DNA from: Octopus sinensis
Taxonomy: Eukaryota
DNA: 64,000 nucleotides
Direction of reading: 5' to 3'
Assembly: GCF_006345805.1 (NCBI RefSeq)
Contig: NC_043014.1
Span: 24,614,001-24,678,000, forward strand
The notes beneath the pieces are model-generated. The model saw nothing but the letters and a program-made list of their open reading frames with translations. It was not told the origin of the DNA and searched no databases. A program made the translations under genes and the position numbers. Positions 36,399-48,665 of the stretch are shown here, piece after piece; the stretch's first letter is position 1, and every line of letters starts with the position of its first letter.

Positions 36399-38744
36399 AG
36401 TTAGTTCGTTGTCAAAAGTTATGCTCATGCCCATCCTGCTGAAAAATCTAACTAATCTATTTTTAGTCTTCTGTATCCTACTGTTAGGGGAATTCTGTAG
36501 GTAACAGTAGGATACAGAAGACTAAAAATAGATTAGTTAGATTTTTCGGCAGGATGGGCATGAGCATAATTTTTGACAACGAACTAACTAAGGTCAATTT
36601 CTTAGATGTTACCCTAAATTTGCATAATAATTCTTACTTCTCTTACCATAAGCCGTCTACGAACCTAAAATATGTCAGTATTTTCAGTAACCATGCAAAA
36701 ACTATCACCGATAATTTGGTTAAAAATATATCCTTAAGACTATCAAAGTTATCAGCAAATGTCGACATTTTTAAACAGAAAGCGAATTTTATAATGCCGC
36801 CTTGTCAAAGGCCGGTTATAGGGATAAGGTATCATATATCGATCCGGCCCATCCTAAACTAATATCTGCCCATCAAGATAAGATAACTTCTAATAATAAT
36901 ATAAATAACATAAATAGTGATTTCAGCTCTAGCAACGTCGACACAAATATATTTTACAATAATAATTTACGGACCAGGGGAGGCCAGCGTAAACCAAAAC
37001 CCATTCTACAACACAGAAATATACCCTTTAATGTAAATGTCAACACTCTCAGCCATTCCAAGAACAAAAAAAAACTATATCTGGTTTGTGATTCCTTTCG
37101 GGAGACAAATCAGGTCTAATCTCCCTTTACAATTCCGTGAAGCCGTTGCTAAGAATTTTCCTAGGAATTCTAGATACTACTCCACTATAAATTCGCATAA
37201 AGTAAGAATTGCATTCTCAAATACTAAAAATCTTTCGCAGATAATAGCTTCCCACAATAATAAGCTGCTAAATAGGGTCTCATCACCCATGAGTAGCGAC
37301 ACCGCCCTTACCCATTCCAACGTAACATACAATAATAATAATAATAATAGAAGTAGTATGGATATTAGCAACATTCATAGCAGCATTAGCGTTAGCAATT
37401 GTAATAATGATAATAATATTAGCCAGATTATTAACAGTAGTGGTGTTAGTGGTAATAGTACCAGCATTCTTAATAACAGTTATATTATTGATGATAACAA
37501 TCGCAGCATTCCTATAGCCAGGGAATTTGCCGACGATATGACAACTAATAGTAATGATAATAAGATGAATAGTATCGTGGCCAAGGCCAGCAACAATTTT
37601 TACACCTCTCACAACAATAAAAACTCTGTCTTAGCATCGGAAACCAACCCCAACAGATTAAAGTTCTTATCCAAAAAATTCCAAAATTAGAAACACCACT
37701 TACCAATGCAAAATCTCTTCTGGAACCGATGTCTACTTCTACATTGGCGCAACCTCTTCTAAATTAGCCCAAAGGATCTCCAACCATTATTCCACTTTCA
37801 GAGATAAGAGAAAGCAACACAGCACGGGGTTAAGCAAATTAGTCTGGCGTCTGAAGAACAATAACACTACGTTCAAGCTCGAATGGTCCATTTTGTCGGT
37901 ATCCTTCCCGTTTGATAAAGGCAGAAAATTTTGTGGCATCTGTAATTCCGAACTTTTTCATATTTTGTTCGCCAAAGTCCCTTTAATAAATACAATCGTC
38001 GAAAGATCCTACAGGTGTTTACACCGGAAAAGACACACCTTACACTCATATAAATAGTGACTAATATAGATAACCCCTCGATTTCCCAAAAAATTTTCGC
38101 TATATTTCACCCCAATAGTCAAAACGATTTTCTTATATTCCCAATTACTACCATCCATTCTTGCGGTGCCTCTCACCTCGCCCGATTCTTTCTCCCTTTC
38201 GCTATCTACTTTCCTTTCTCTACAGTAAACATAATCGAACACACAGACACAGACCTCTCACCTCACAGCTGTCAGTTTTCTGACATCTACCCATCCACAC
38301 ACACAATCACGCATTCAGACACACACATACACACATTAAGACAGTTATATACAGTCACACACACAGGCACTTATTCATAAAAGAAATCATTTAAACCCAC
38401 CATTCTTTTGACCTGCACTCTCTCACCTTACTATTCTTATGCCTCCTTCCTCCTACTTCGTTTGAACCCTTGAACCTTTAGAACCTTCTAGATTCTTCTA
38501 CATTCAGCCACTCTGACGTCACTCCTTATAAAGAGACACTCATTATCGCCATGGGCTCCTTGAGAGCGGTCAGCTAAAAGTTTTTTGTGCATTTTGATGT
38601 CGACATAAGTTCCTTGATTTTCCTGATGAGAAATCTGCATAATGTACTCCTTATTCCTTCGGAATTAGGAATATGCAGCCTTCGAAACATATGTCGAGAA
38701 TAAAGGATATTTGTTAACAAGTCGTTCAACTCCATTCTTTCATA

Positions 38745-38745
<1 letters not shown>
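36399..38745 (+). mobile_element. 5'-truncated Penelope-like element with 88-bp inverted 5' duplication
   Basis: Encodes MGMSIIFDNELTKVNFLDVTLNL (RT end), an Asn-rich linker, and GIY-YIG TTYQCKIS..FYIGAT..GLSKLVWRLK, followed by a pseudo-LTR. Frameshifted. Confidence 0.88.
38611..38707 (+). ncRNA. Family A type I hammerhead ribozyme, intact core
   Basis: UCCUUGAUUUUC-CUGAUGA-GAA..CUGCAUA..[UAUUCC-UUC-GGAAUU]..UAUGCAG..UUC-GAAA-CAUAUG-UC-GAGAAUAAAGGA. Confidence 0.85.
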
Positions 38746-38840
<95 letters not shown>

Positions 38841-38849
38841 CCACAAATA

Positions 38850-39336
38850 AGTTAGGGGCTATGGGTGTAACCCACTGAGGGATAGTATTTATCCAATATA
38901 CTGTTGGTAAAGTACCCATATTCTTAATACATAAATGTTTTTAATTGCAATGCAGTTAACTTATTGTATTAAACGGGTGAAGGTAAAGAAATATTTTACC
39001 GTTAATTTATAATACAAATAAGAAAATGGAGAAACAAATTAGTTTGTTCATCAACTTTCAGATATTAGAATGTTGGATTATTTATTCATTTAACAAAATG
39101 AGAACCTTAATAGAATACATATATATCTTATGATTCAATACATATAAAATAAGAATACAAATTATAAATTATAAAAAACATAATAAATTATTGAAATCAT
39201 TAAAATCACTCCTTACAGCTGTTTCAGCTTCCGCTTATCCTCTGGTCCAAGGGGAGATAACCTGTCCTCAATAATTCTTTTCTCTGTTGGGTATTTTACC
39301 ATTTTATCCTAGCGATTCTCCACCTCTGAGAAGTGA
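38850..39336 (-). mobile_element. Family B pseudo-LTR with degenerate hammerhead at 39206-39336
   Basis: Homologous to 20960-21446. Has GAAA-CAGCUG-UA and an 8-bp stem I UCACUUCU/AGGAGUGA; the core is decayed to CAGAGGU. Confidence 0.55.
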
Positions 39337-39363
39337 AAAGTTAAATTTGTCTTTTTATAAAGA

Positions 39364-39415
39364 CTGATGAGCTGTCCACAAGGCTGTAGCTTTTGTAGAT
39401 ACGAAACCATTGGTC
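39364..39415 (+). ncRNA. Hammerhead core without an evident stem I
   Basis: CUGAUGA-GCUGUCCACAAGG..CUUUUGUAGAUAC-GAAA-CCAUUGG-UC. The flanks do not pair. Confidence 0.55.
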
Positions 39416-40045
39416 ACACTATGACCACACTTTAACTTTACATATTAATACTTACAACTCTATTGTTTAGAATGTGCTTCTTATTTTTATATTGTTTTCG
39501 ACTTAAATGCATTTGAATTCATATTATTAGAGATATTATAGAAATATTTTGGAAGTTGTAGATTTTATTTACTTAATTATTTTTGTTCTTTTATGGCACT
39601 TGTTATGTATTTCAGTAGTTAATGCTCACGCTCCTAACCATAGGTATTTTGAATCAGTATTTTGCTATCTGGCAGTCCTTTTACAAGAAATTTCGTTTGT
39701 CTTCTGAACCAAAACCCTGAAGAGATTTGTATACATGGATAGGAATTGTTTATAAATCAAATAATGTAAGTTGAAATAAATTGTTAGCTTTTTTGGTTTT
39801 TTAATAATTCTCCATGTCTTACCTTATATTATATTTATATTATATTATATTACATTACATTATATTATATTATATTATAATATAATATAAACGAAATATT
39901 AGATTGTCGGTTGTATTTCTCTATTCAACTTATTGCTTGTATTTTTTATTTATACCCTATTTCTGTGATATTCAACTGACGTACCAGTGAATTGGATGTT
40001 TTACACCCCATTGAAGGATTTTTTCTTTCGTTTGTTACATATTAA

Positions 40046-40078
<33 letters not shown>

Positions 40079-40584
40079 TGTATGTATGTATGTATGTATG
40101 TATATATACACATATATATATACACACATATATACAAATATATACGTAATATATATACATGTATACACATATGTATATATACATATACACATACACACAA
40201 TATACACACATATATACATTTACACACACACAAACACACACATATATATACATATATACAAACGGTTGTACATAGGGCAAACGCGTTTTAAAGTTGTGGA
40301 TTCTTTGGTTTGTTTGTTCCCAAACAAAACTTATTTTAGTGGTGTTGACACAACCGGATTGAATGGTACTGTCCAGGTGTCGAAACCATAATGATATCCG
40401 TGGGGCAACTGATGATGGAGCTATGTTGGATTTTGGTATTGCTGTGGAATAGTATTATAACACATCATTTTGATATATATATATATACATACATATATAC
40501 GATTACTTGTATACATACATATAGACATATGCTTATATACATACATACATTCATATATATATATATATTATGTTATATAATATT

Positions 40585-40617
<33 letters not shown>

Positions 40618-40650
40618 TATATTATATTATATTATATTATATTATATTAT

Positions 40651-40706
<56 letters not shown>

Positions 40707-41302
40707 ATATATACCAAGATGGCGCCGAACTAACAACAAGTGTGTGTTAATGTGTCTCTCCTAAAGATTAAAGAAGTCCTTCCAGAGATCGATGTTTTCA
40801 GAAGCGAAATTTGTCTGCAAAGCGAATATAAGTGAAAGTACAAGACACTGTATTTGAGAAGAATATTTTCGCTTTTGATATAGTATTTGCAACTAGAACA
40901 TACCTCGCAAATACATGTGTTGAAAGCACGTGTGTGTTACGTCCTGAAATCGAAGTGAATTTTTTTTCTTTGTCTGTGAATCAACAAGACACAGTATTTT
41001 TGAGAAGGATATTTTCGCTTTTGATGTCGTATATCTGCGTGTTCTGAAAGCCTCTGAAAAGTTGCTGCCTAATACCAAATCGCTTAAGAAAATATAGAAA
41101 ATATCGTTAATTTTTGCATCTACGAAATCGGAACTCTATTTCCTTTTGTTTACAAAATACGATTGAGGAATATCAAAGGTCTGTCTTAGTATCTATCTTC
41201 CTTTCTTATAAAACGGAATCATCGTAAATATTCTCTCAGCCGGTAAGGTAAGGAAAAAATATTTATTATTATTAGTGTTCTTTCAACCAGAAGATAATAA
41301 TT

Positions 41303-41347
<45 letters not shown>

Positions 41348-41399
41348 AAAAATACGCGCTATTCTATCTTTATATTTCGTCCTCCGTATTTGCCACACA

Positions 41400-42265
41400 C
41401 ACACTCTCTCTCTCTCTTTCTTACATTTCTATCTCTTTCTTACATTTTTATACCTTATCTGTCTCTCCATCCACCAGACCCTCTATTTCCGCTCTCATTC
41501 TCCCCTCCTCCCTCTCTCTCCCTCTGCCATCGTTTCTCTTTCTGCATCTCTCTCTCTCAGATCAACTTTCTCACATCTCACCCCCTCTCAGTTCCTCAAC
41601 TTCACTCATTCTCTCTTGTATCTATATACCGCCCTCTTTCTCTCTCTCTCTCTCTGCCTCTTTTCTCTCCGCTCCTTCACATGTCAAACCCCTTTTCCTC
41701 TTCCCCTTCTGTCCCCTTATTTCTTTCTCTACACCACCCTCCCTGTCCCTTTACTACACTCTCTTGCACCTCTGTCGCGCCCCCTCTTTCCCTCTCCCCC
41801 CTTTTTTCTTCCTACCTTTCCTCTCCCTGCTCCCTCTAAGGCTCACCCCCTTGTCTCTTTTTTCCTCTTTCTGTTTCCTTCCTCCACACCACCCTCTCTG
41901 TCCCTTTACTTCACTCCCTGGTACCTCTATCCCGCCCTCTCTCTCTCCCTCTCCATTTTATCTCTCCGCCTTTCTTCTCCCTGCTCCCCCTAGGGTCCAT
42001 CCGCTTTCTCTCTTTTCCACCCTGTCCCTTTACTTTCTTTCAACTACACCTCTATCCCGCTCACTCTCCCCCTGCTGACCTGCCATTCTTTCTCTTTTTT
42101 CCCTCTTTATTTTCTCTTTTTCTCTTTTTTCCCTCTTCTCTCAGGACAATCCCCTCGTCTCTCTCTCTATCCTCCCCTGGCTTTTCTCCTTTCTCCTCTC
42201 CCTCTCCGGTCAACCATCTTATCTTTCCTTCTCTCTCTGTTCCTATATTTCACTCTCACTATATC
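41400..42265. repeat. CT-rich low-complexity tract upstream of the LINE ORF1
   Basis: Almost pure pyrimidine on the plus strand. Confidence 0.85.
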
Positions 42266-42275
42266 TCAGACGAAA

Positions 42276-43190
42276 ATGTCAAGAAACTGGTCTGCGAGAA
42301 AGGTCCGCGCTTGGAAGATTGCTGAGGACGACTCGCCGAACAATATCATTGCAGCGGCGCTGAAGAGCAATAATTTTTCAAGAACCACCGCCCAGATAGA
42401 GCGAAAGAAACGAGAATTTGTCCGTTCATACGCTCTAATCAGGCAACATGTAGACAGCCTGGACATCATCTTAGGAGGTGACGGCACCAGGGAAGGCCAA
42501 AAGGATGAAGAAAGCATCCAGAACCCAACGAAAAACAAAACCGAGAAACCTAGAACACTGGGAAACAATGACACATGTCCAGCTCCCAACACCACAACTG
42601 AAGACCAAAGAGGTGCGATGGCCGCAAGAAAAGAAAAGTACCCTAAAATTAATGGGAAACAGGAGGTAAAAGGCGACAAAATCAAAGCTAAAAGAAACCC
42701 TGTCCAGAGAAAACAAAAGGACCCCAGCAAGAACTATAAGGGCAAAGAAAGAAACATCTGCAAATTCTACCTGAGGGGGGACTGCTGGTACGGCGTCGAA
42801 GGTGCGAACTGTCGCTTTGCACATCAGAGGCCCTACCAAAACCGCATGGACGCGAGACAGGGGTCCCTTCCTTGGGGAGAACAAACAGAAACAGAAAAAG
42901 AAAAAGAAAAATATAAAAGAAGGAAAAAAAGCGCACTGACCACTCCTGAAAGACGATATGCGGATGTGGTGCGCGGTAACCCAACAAATGGCCAATTTCA
43001 CCCAGATGTGAGAAGGGCAGCAGCTGAACAGCAATCTTTTTTGTGCATGGCACAAAAAATTGTTCAGCAGCTGACCTGGCTACAAGCACAAAGCTGGAAC
43101 TACCACCACATAAGGCCACCACCAACAGATGCAGGATGGCCACCACAGACACCAACACCAACACACACACCACAAAAATATTTCTACTGA
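42276..43190 (+). CDS. LINE ORF1, 304 aa, basic, with CCCH zinc finger
   Basis: Open ORF immediately upstream of ORF2, containing CKFYLRGDCWYGVEGANCRFAH (C-x7-C-x8-C-x3-H). Confidence 0.75.
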   Translation: MSRNWSARKVRAWKIAEDDSPNNIIAAALKSNNFSRTTAQIERKKREFVRSYALIRQHVDSLDIILGGDGTREGQKDEESIQNPTKNKTEKPRTLGNNDTCPAPNTTTEDQRGAMAARKEKYPKINGKQEVKGDKIKAKRNPVQRKQKDPSKNYKGKERNICKFYLRGDCWYGVEGANCRFAHQRPYQNRMDARQGSLPWGEQTETEKEKEKYKRRKKSALTTPERRYADVVRGNPTNGQFHPDVRRAAAEQQSFLCMAQKIVQQLTWLQAQSWNYHHIRPPPTDAGWPPQTPTPTHTPQKYFY

Positions 43191-46140
43191 ACGTAGGAGG
43201 GCTGCTGCGCGGAAACTGTAAAAGCTAATCTCATTCCTGAGAGACCTTGTGACATGCAATCAAGCTATATGCATGGCACTCACAGAAACGCATCTTGAAC
43301 CCGATATAGGTGATGCAGAAATACACATGCCGCAATATGCAGTCATACGCACAGATAGAAAAGGGAGGAGCCATGGTGGAGTTGCAATGTACATCCGAGA
43401 TGACCTCACGCCCCAGGTCCTGTTGTCATATTCAAACTCAGTGTATGAAACTCAAATTGTACACATAAGACAACTGAATATCGTCATATGCACTACATAT
43501 CGCCCACCAGATGCCCCAAAACACTCAGGCATGTTTGAAGACTGCCTAACAAAAATAGGAGAAGTCCTCACCAACCTTGAACAACACAACAGTGTATTCT
43601 TCATGGGTGACTTTAACCTCCCCAATGTGGAATGTCCTGGGGGGCAGATGCTCCCAGGGATGACACACCATCAGCAGGCACAGATAGAGTCCCTGCTCCA
43701 TCTCACAAATGCCTCTTTCATGGAGCAAATAGTTCTGCAACCAACAAGGGCAGATAATATACTGGATCTCTGCTTCACAAACAATATGGATATTATCCAT
43801 AATGTTAATGTGATGCCGACAATGATCTCGGATCACAACATAATAGAGCTGTCTATGTATGGAAAAAAAGCCCCAGTAGACACACAGCCTATACGAAGCA
43901 TCCACCATCTCTCCAACTTAAACTTTCATAAAGCCAACTGGAAGTTGATTGAGAAAGAGATCCTCAAACAGGATTGGCCTGAATGTCTCTCCACACCGGA
44001 CATAAACATGAAACACAAACACTTCATGTCCATAATACAAGCCATATGTGACAAATATGTCCCAGTGTGCAGGGCCAGCACACACAAGAACAAAAACAGG
44101 ATCCCTAGAGAAAGGAGGATTCTTATGAGACGACGGACAAGGATTGCGAACCGCCTGAGCAAGCACACCAGAAGTGGTGAGAAGTCTCGGCTCGAAAGAA
44201 TGCTAATGGAAACTAAGAAAAGTCTGCATCAGTCCCATGAAAAGGAGAGAGCAGATAAAGAAGCCTGGGTAATAGAAAATATAAAATTAAACCCTAAAGC
44301 TTTCTTTAAGTTTGCCAAAGAGACAGCCACAGTGCACCAGAGAATAGCACCTCTCTTCCAAAAAGATGGCTCTCTCACAGGAAATCCCACGAGGATAAGT
44401 GAAATACTGAACGAACAGTTCCAAAGTGTGTTCACTACACCTCTAGGACACAGGCAAGTAAACAACGCAGAAGAATTCTTTGCCACTTTACCTGCGGCCA
44501 AAGAGGCAAAAATTGAGTACATCAACATCGAAGATGATGATATCACACTAGCCATAGATGAGATTGACACAAACTCAGCTGCTGGACCTGATGGATTCCC
44601 AGCGATCCTTCTCAAATCGTGCAAACGAGCCCTTGCAAAACCGCTACAGCTTCTTTTTCAGAGCTTTCTTGCAAGTGGTAAGCTCCCAGTCAAATTGAAA
44701 GAGGGGGTAATATACCCTATCCATAAGGGAGGTAGCAGAGCAGATGCTAAAAATTATAGGCCTATCTCTCTGACCTCACACATCAGCAAAGTCATGGAAC
44801 GAATAGTCCGTAAGAAAGTAATCATGTTCCTTGAAGAAAATGACTTGCTGTCTGACACCCAGCATGCATTTCGACCAGGTAGAGGCTGCCTAACACAGCT
44901 CCTGCAACACTATGACTGGGTGTTGAAACAGCTACTAAATGGCTCAAATGTGGATGTAATATATCTCGACTTTGCAAAAGCCTTTGATAAGGTCGACCAT
45001 GGTATGATCTGTCACAAACTGCGTGGTCTCGGCATAGGCGGAAAACTTGGAGAGTGGCTGCACAACTTCCTAAAAGACAGAAAACAGGCAGTTGTGAGCA
45101 ATGGAGCCACCTCCAAGGAAACGCAAATAACAAGCGGTGTCCCACAGGGCACTGTCTTGGTGCCACTGATGTTCATAGTGGCCCTTTCAGACATGCCTTC
45201 AGTTGCTACGATGGCCACCCTTGCTAGCTATGCAGATGACACAAAAGTCTCCCACACAATACAAAACCCTGAAAATATTGCGCAACAGGAGTTGGACACA
45301 ATATACAGGTGGGCTGAGGACAACAACATGCAGTTTAATGCAGGTAAGTTCCAGGCCCTGCGCTACTGGCACACAAAGGTAAACGAAGTGCAGACTGGAT
45401 ACACTGGCCCAGGAAGAATTGCAATCCCTGAGTCAAAATCAGTGCGTGACCTGGGCATTGACATGAGCAATGATGCATCTTTCCAAGTGCATATTGCTAA
45501 TCTGGTGATAAAATGCAGACGGCTATCTGGATGGATTCTCCGAACTTTCAGAACAAGAGAGAAGGAGACACTGATGTTCCTATGGAAAACATTCGTTCTC
45601 AGCCGCTTGGACTACTGCTCCCAACTGTGGTCACCACACAATATAAAACTAACAGCAGAACTCGAAGCAATTCAGAGAAGCTACACAAAGAAAATCGTCT
45701 CAATGCAAAATATCAGCTATTGGGAAAGACTGAAAGTATTAAACCTCTTCTCCCTAGAGCGGAGGCGGGAAAGATATGCGGTGATATACATCTGGAAAAT
45801 CCTGGAGGGTCTTGTCCCAAACTTTGGCATTCAAAGTCAACCCAACCGCAGAACGGGGCGCCACTGCATGGCGCCAAGGATTCCAACATCACCATCAAAA
45901 TACAGGTCCAGATATTGCAACAGCTTGGGTTTCAGAGGACCACAGCTCTTTAACATCCTCCCTAAATGCCTGAGAGACTTACATGGTGTGGATGTGGGTT
46001 TCTTTAAAACTAAACTGGATCTCTTCTTGTCGGGAGTCCCAGATGAACCTACCTCACAACAGGAGACGCGGATGCGGGCAGCAGCATCGAACTCCCTTGT
46101 TGATCAAGTGCCACGTATCAGAGGTGGATTCACAAATTAG
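43177..46140 (+). CDS. CR1/L2-group LINE ORF2 (APE + RT), one frameshift near 43222
   Basis: EN motifs LLNVGGL | ALTETHL, TYRPP, MGDFNLP, LDLCFT and SDHN; RT motifs YRPISLTS, YLDFAKAFDKV, GVPQG and YADD. 963 aa are open after the frameshift. 3' tail (AAGGATTT)n at about 46200-46216. Confidence 0.93.
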
Positions 46141-46244
46141 TGTAGCTCATTCAGCGGTGGTGCCCCAGCATGGCCGCGGCCTTCGGGCTAAAACATTTTT
46201 AAGGATTTAAGGATTTATATATACATATATATATATAATATATA

Positions 46245-46288
<44 letters not shown>

Positions 46289-46645
46289 CAATACGGAGTA
46301 AATAATTCACGAGAAAAAAATAATTCACGAAAAAAATAATTTGCGAAGATATCATTGACTCTGTTATTATCTAGTGTAATAATTTTAAAATGATAATAAC
46401 AGAATCAATAATATAGGCGATTGCAGGCCCCACAAAAGCATTAAATAGCTGAAGGATTAAAATTAATCAAAGGACATACTAAGTATGTCTACCTGTTGGA
46501 AATAACAGTCAAAACTCTTATTTAAATTGCCAAAATACATTAATAATAACTACAGAAATCAAGCGTCCGAAGGTAAACGAGCTAAGACAATCTCCCAGCA
46601 TACATTAAAGTATTTGGATTCAAGTGGACTAGTTTCTGCACTCAC

Positions 46646-46706
46646 ATAATACCCTGAGCTTCCTCGGCACGCGTTACCATGATAGGGACCCCAGATGAGT
46701 GGAAAG
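46646..46706 (-). CDS. Candidate 61-nt host exon, unidentified
   Basis: Acceptor TATATATTTGCAG, donor GTGAGT. Two frames are open (FPLIWGPYHGNACRGSSGYY or FHSSGVPIMVTRAEEAQGI). Confidence 0.3.
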
Positions 46707-46829
46707 CTGCAAATATATAATCAATGGAAGAAGTGTTATAAGAAGGAGTGTTATAAAAAAATATATAAAAGCTTGAAAAGCAAACAACAACAAAAAAAAG
46801 ATGGAATAAAGTACTGAAGAAATTCTCCT

Positions 46830-47500
46830 TCAATACTAACGTACGAGCTTTATTACATGGGGACCAATGTGCAAAACTATTTTCAACTTGGCTCCTCCAA
46901 TTAGGAAATGGGAAAGTACCATTTGATGGGAATGATATCAGTTTGGCTCATATTGCTATCATGGTGAATTCCCCAGTTGAATTGAAGAACAGAGTATTGC
47001 CAGACTTAAGTAATAATTATAATTCACATAAATGGTTGTGTGAAAGGGCATTTCTTACTCCAAAGAATGAGACAGTAGCAAGAATTAACCATGAATTAAT
47101 GAATAAGATTCCAACAGTCATTAAGAAGTACAAATCAATTGATTCAGTCTCTGATGAAAATCAATTCTTATGAGCCACCTGGAATTCCTCCACATAAAAT
47201 TTTTCTGAAGGTAGGAGTCTCAATAATGCTTCTAAGAAATTTAGATCCTCCTAAATTATGCAATGGGACATGGTTGATTGTGAAGACATTACCACCTAAT
47301 CACTGGATGTGCCTCTAGTGAAGAGGTTTTCGTTCCGAGAATTCCAGTCAAACCAACAGACATGCCCTTTGAGTTCAAACGAACACAATTCCCAGTGCGA
47401 CTTTGCTTTGCAATGTCTATTAATAAAATTCAAGGTCAATCTTTGAAATCTACTGGTTTGCTTTTCTCTTGGTCAACTTTGTTGGTTGCTCCAGTTTGCA
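46830..47500 (+). pseudogene. Decayed Helitron PIF1 helicase C-terminal fragment
   Basis: [59 protein letters not shown]. Confidence 0.85.
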
Positions 47501-48346
47501 GAAAAACAGAAGACCATACGGATTGAAGAGAAAATTTATGAAGATACTTCTGTGGGTAAATTATGAAATTACTTACATCAGTAATCGTGAACTTCTTTCT
47601 GTGAGTAATTTATCGTTGTTTGTTTGTAAATAGCGATTCAAAGCTTAGGTTACTGTGAAAACAATAACATGGAAGTTAAACAATGGCGTATGAAAATTGA
47701 AAGTGAAAAGAATAGCGTCTGAAAAATGAAAGTGAAAACAAAAGATATAGATAGAGAGATATGTTACAGAGATAGAGACAGATAGAGATTGATAGAGAGA
47801 TATACATAAAGAGTTATGTTACGTCACTGACGCTAGAAAAACGGAAGTAAATATTTTAAAATCTTTCAAAGACGTGAATAAAAAGCAATATTTTTTATTT
47901 TTAATAATTAAAAAAAATCAAATGAAGACCCTATTATATGTCCGAGGTCAAATTATTCATGCATAACCAGTATTGAAGTAATTGGTGAAGCCGTTAATGC
48001 ATATTTCATATATTAGATAAGACAGAAAAAAAAAGATGACATGGTCACAGTTAGAACATCTTTGATGACAACGACGAAGACAGCCACTTAGAAACGATTA
48101 TTCAATCAAGACTGACCTGAGGGTATACATCAAGCTTCGAGATTTTGTGAAAGAAAAGGAAAAAAAACAAAGCAACAATTACTTCTTTGCTCAAAAGGCA
48201 GTATCCTATATCGTTCTGTCTAGTACACATAATTATAGTGAACAAAATACATCAGGAGATATGGCAGCAGTCACAACTGTAGCAATCTCGCTAGACTTGG
48301 AGATCCTGCGAATGTCAGAGGCAGCACTCTTTTCCTTCTGACTAAA

Positions 48347-48478
48347 CTATATAACTGAAGTGGATGGGGTAGGAATAGTAGTTGTAGTAGTTGTTGACTG
48401 GGTGTTGAAACTGAGTGTGCCGAACCTTGCAATAAAAATGCACAGTGTGAGAACTAGGCTTCGTAAAGTAAATGCCAT
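48347..48478 (-). CDS. Short ORF resembling a signal peptide + Thr-rich linker (43 aa)
   Basis: MAFTLRSLVLTLCIFIARFGTLSFNTQSTTTTTTIPTPSTSVI*. The frame continues 37 codons past the TAG. Confidence 0.25.
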   Translation of the reverse strand: MAFTLRSLVLTLCIFIARFGTLSFNTQSTTTTTTIPTPSTSVI

Positions 48479-48631
48479 ATGTTTGAAATGACACTTGCAC
48501 GGGGTTTCGTGAAAAAGACCATGCAATAGATAAAAAAAAAGTCAGGCTATAAAAAACAGCACATCCTCTCTCTTTCCCTCCCTCTCTGTATATATATATA
48601 TATATAATATATATATATATATAATATATAT

Positions 48632-48664
<33 letters not shown>

Positions 48665-48665
<1 letters not shown>

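Noticed and set aside
40735-40750. YY1-like CAAGATGGCGCC as a host promoter
   Set aside because: It is an isolated motif at the edge of a TA tract within repeat-like sequence, with no CpG island or downstream exon.
41390-42078. Leu/Ser/Pro/Phe-rich ORFs as membrane proteins
   Set aside because: These are translations of the CT-rich low-complexity tract.
46345-46425. 18-bp hairpin followed by GGCGATTGCA, resembling the GAAACGATTGTA family
   Set aside because: No intact core and no stem I; only the hairpin is supported.
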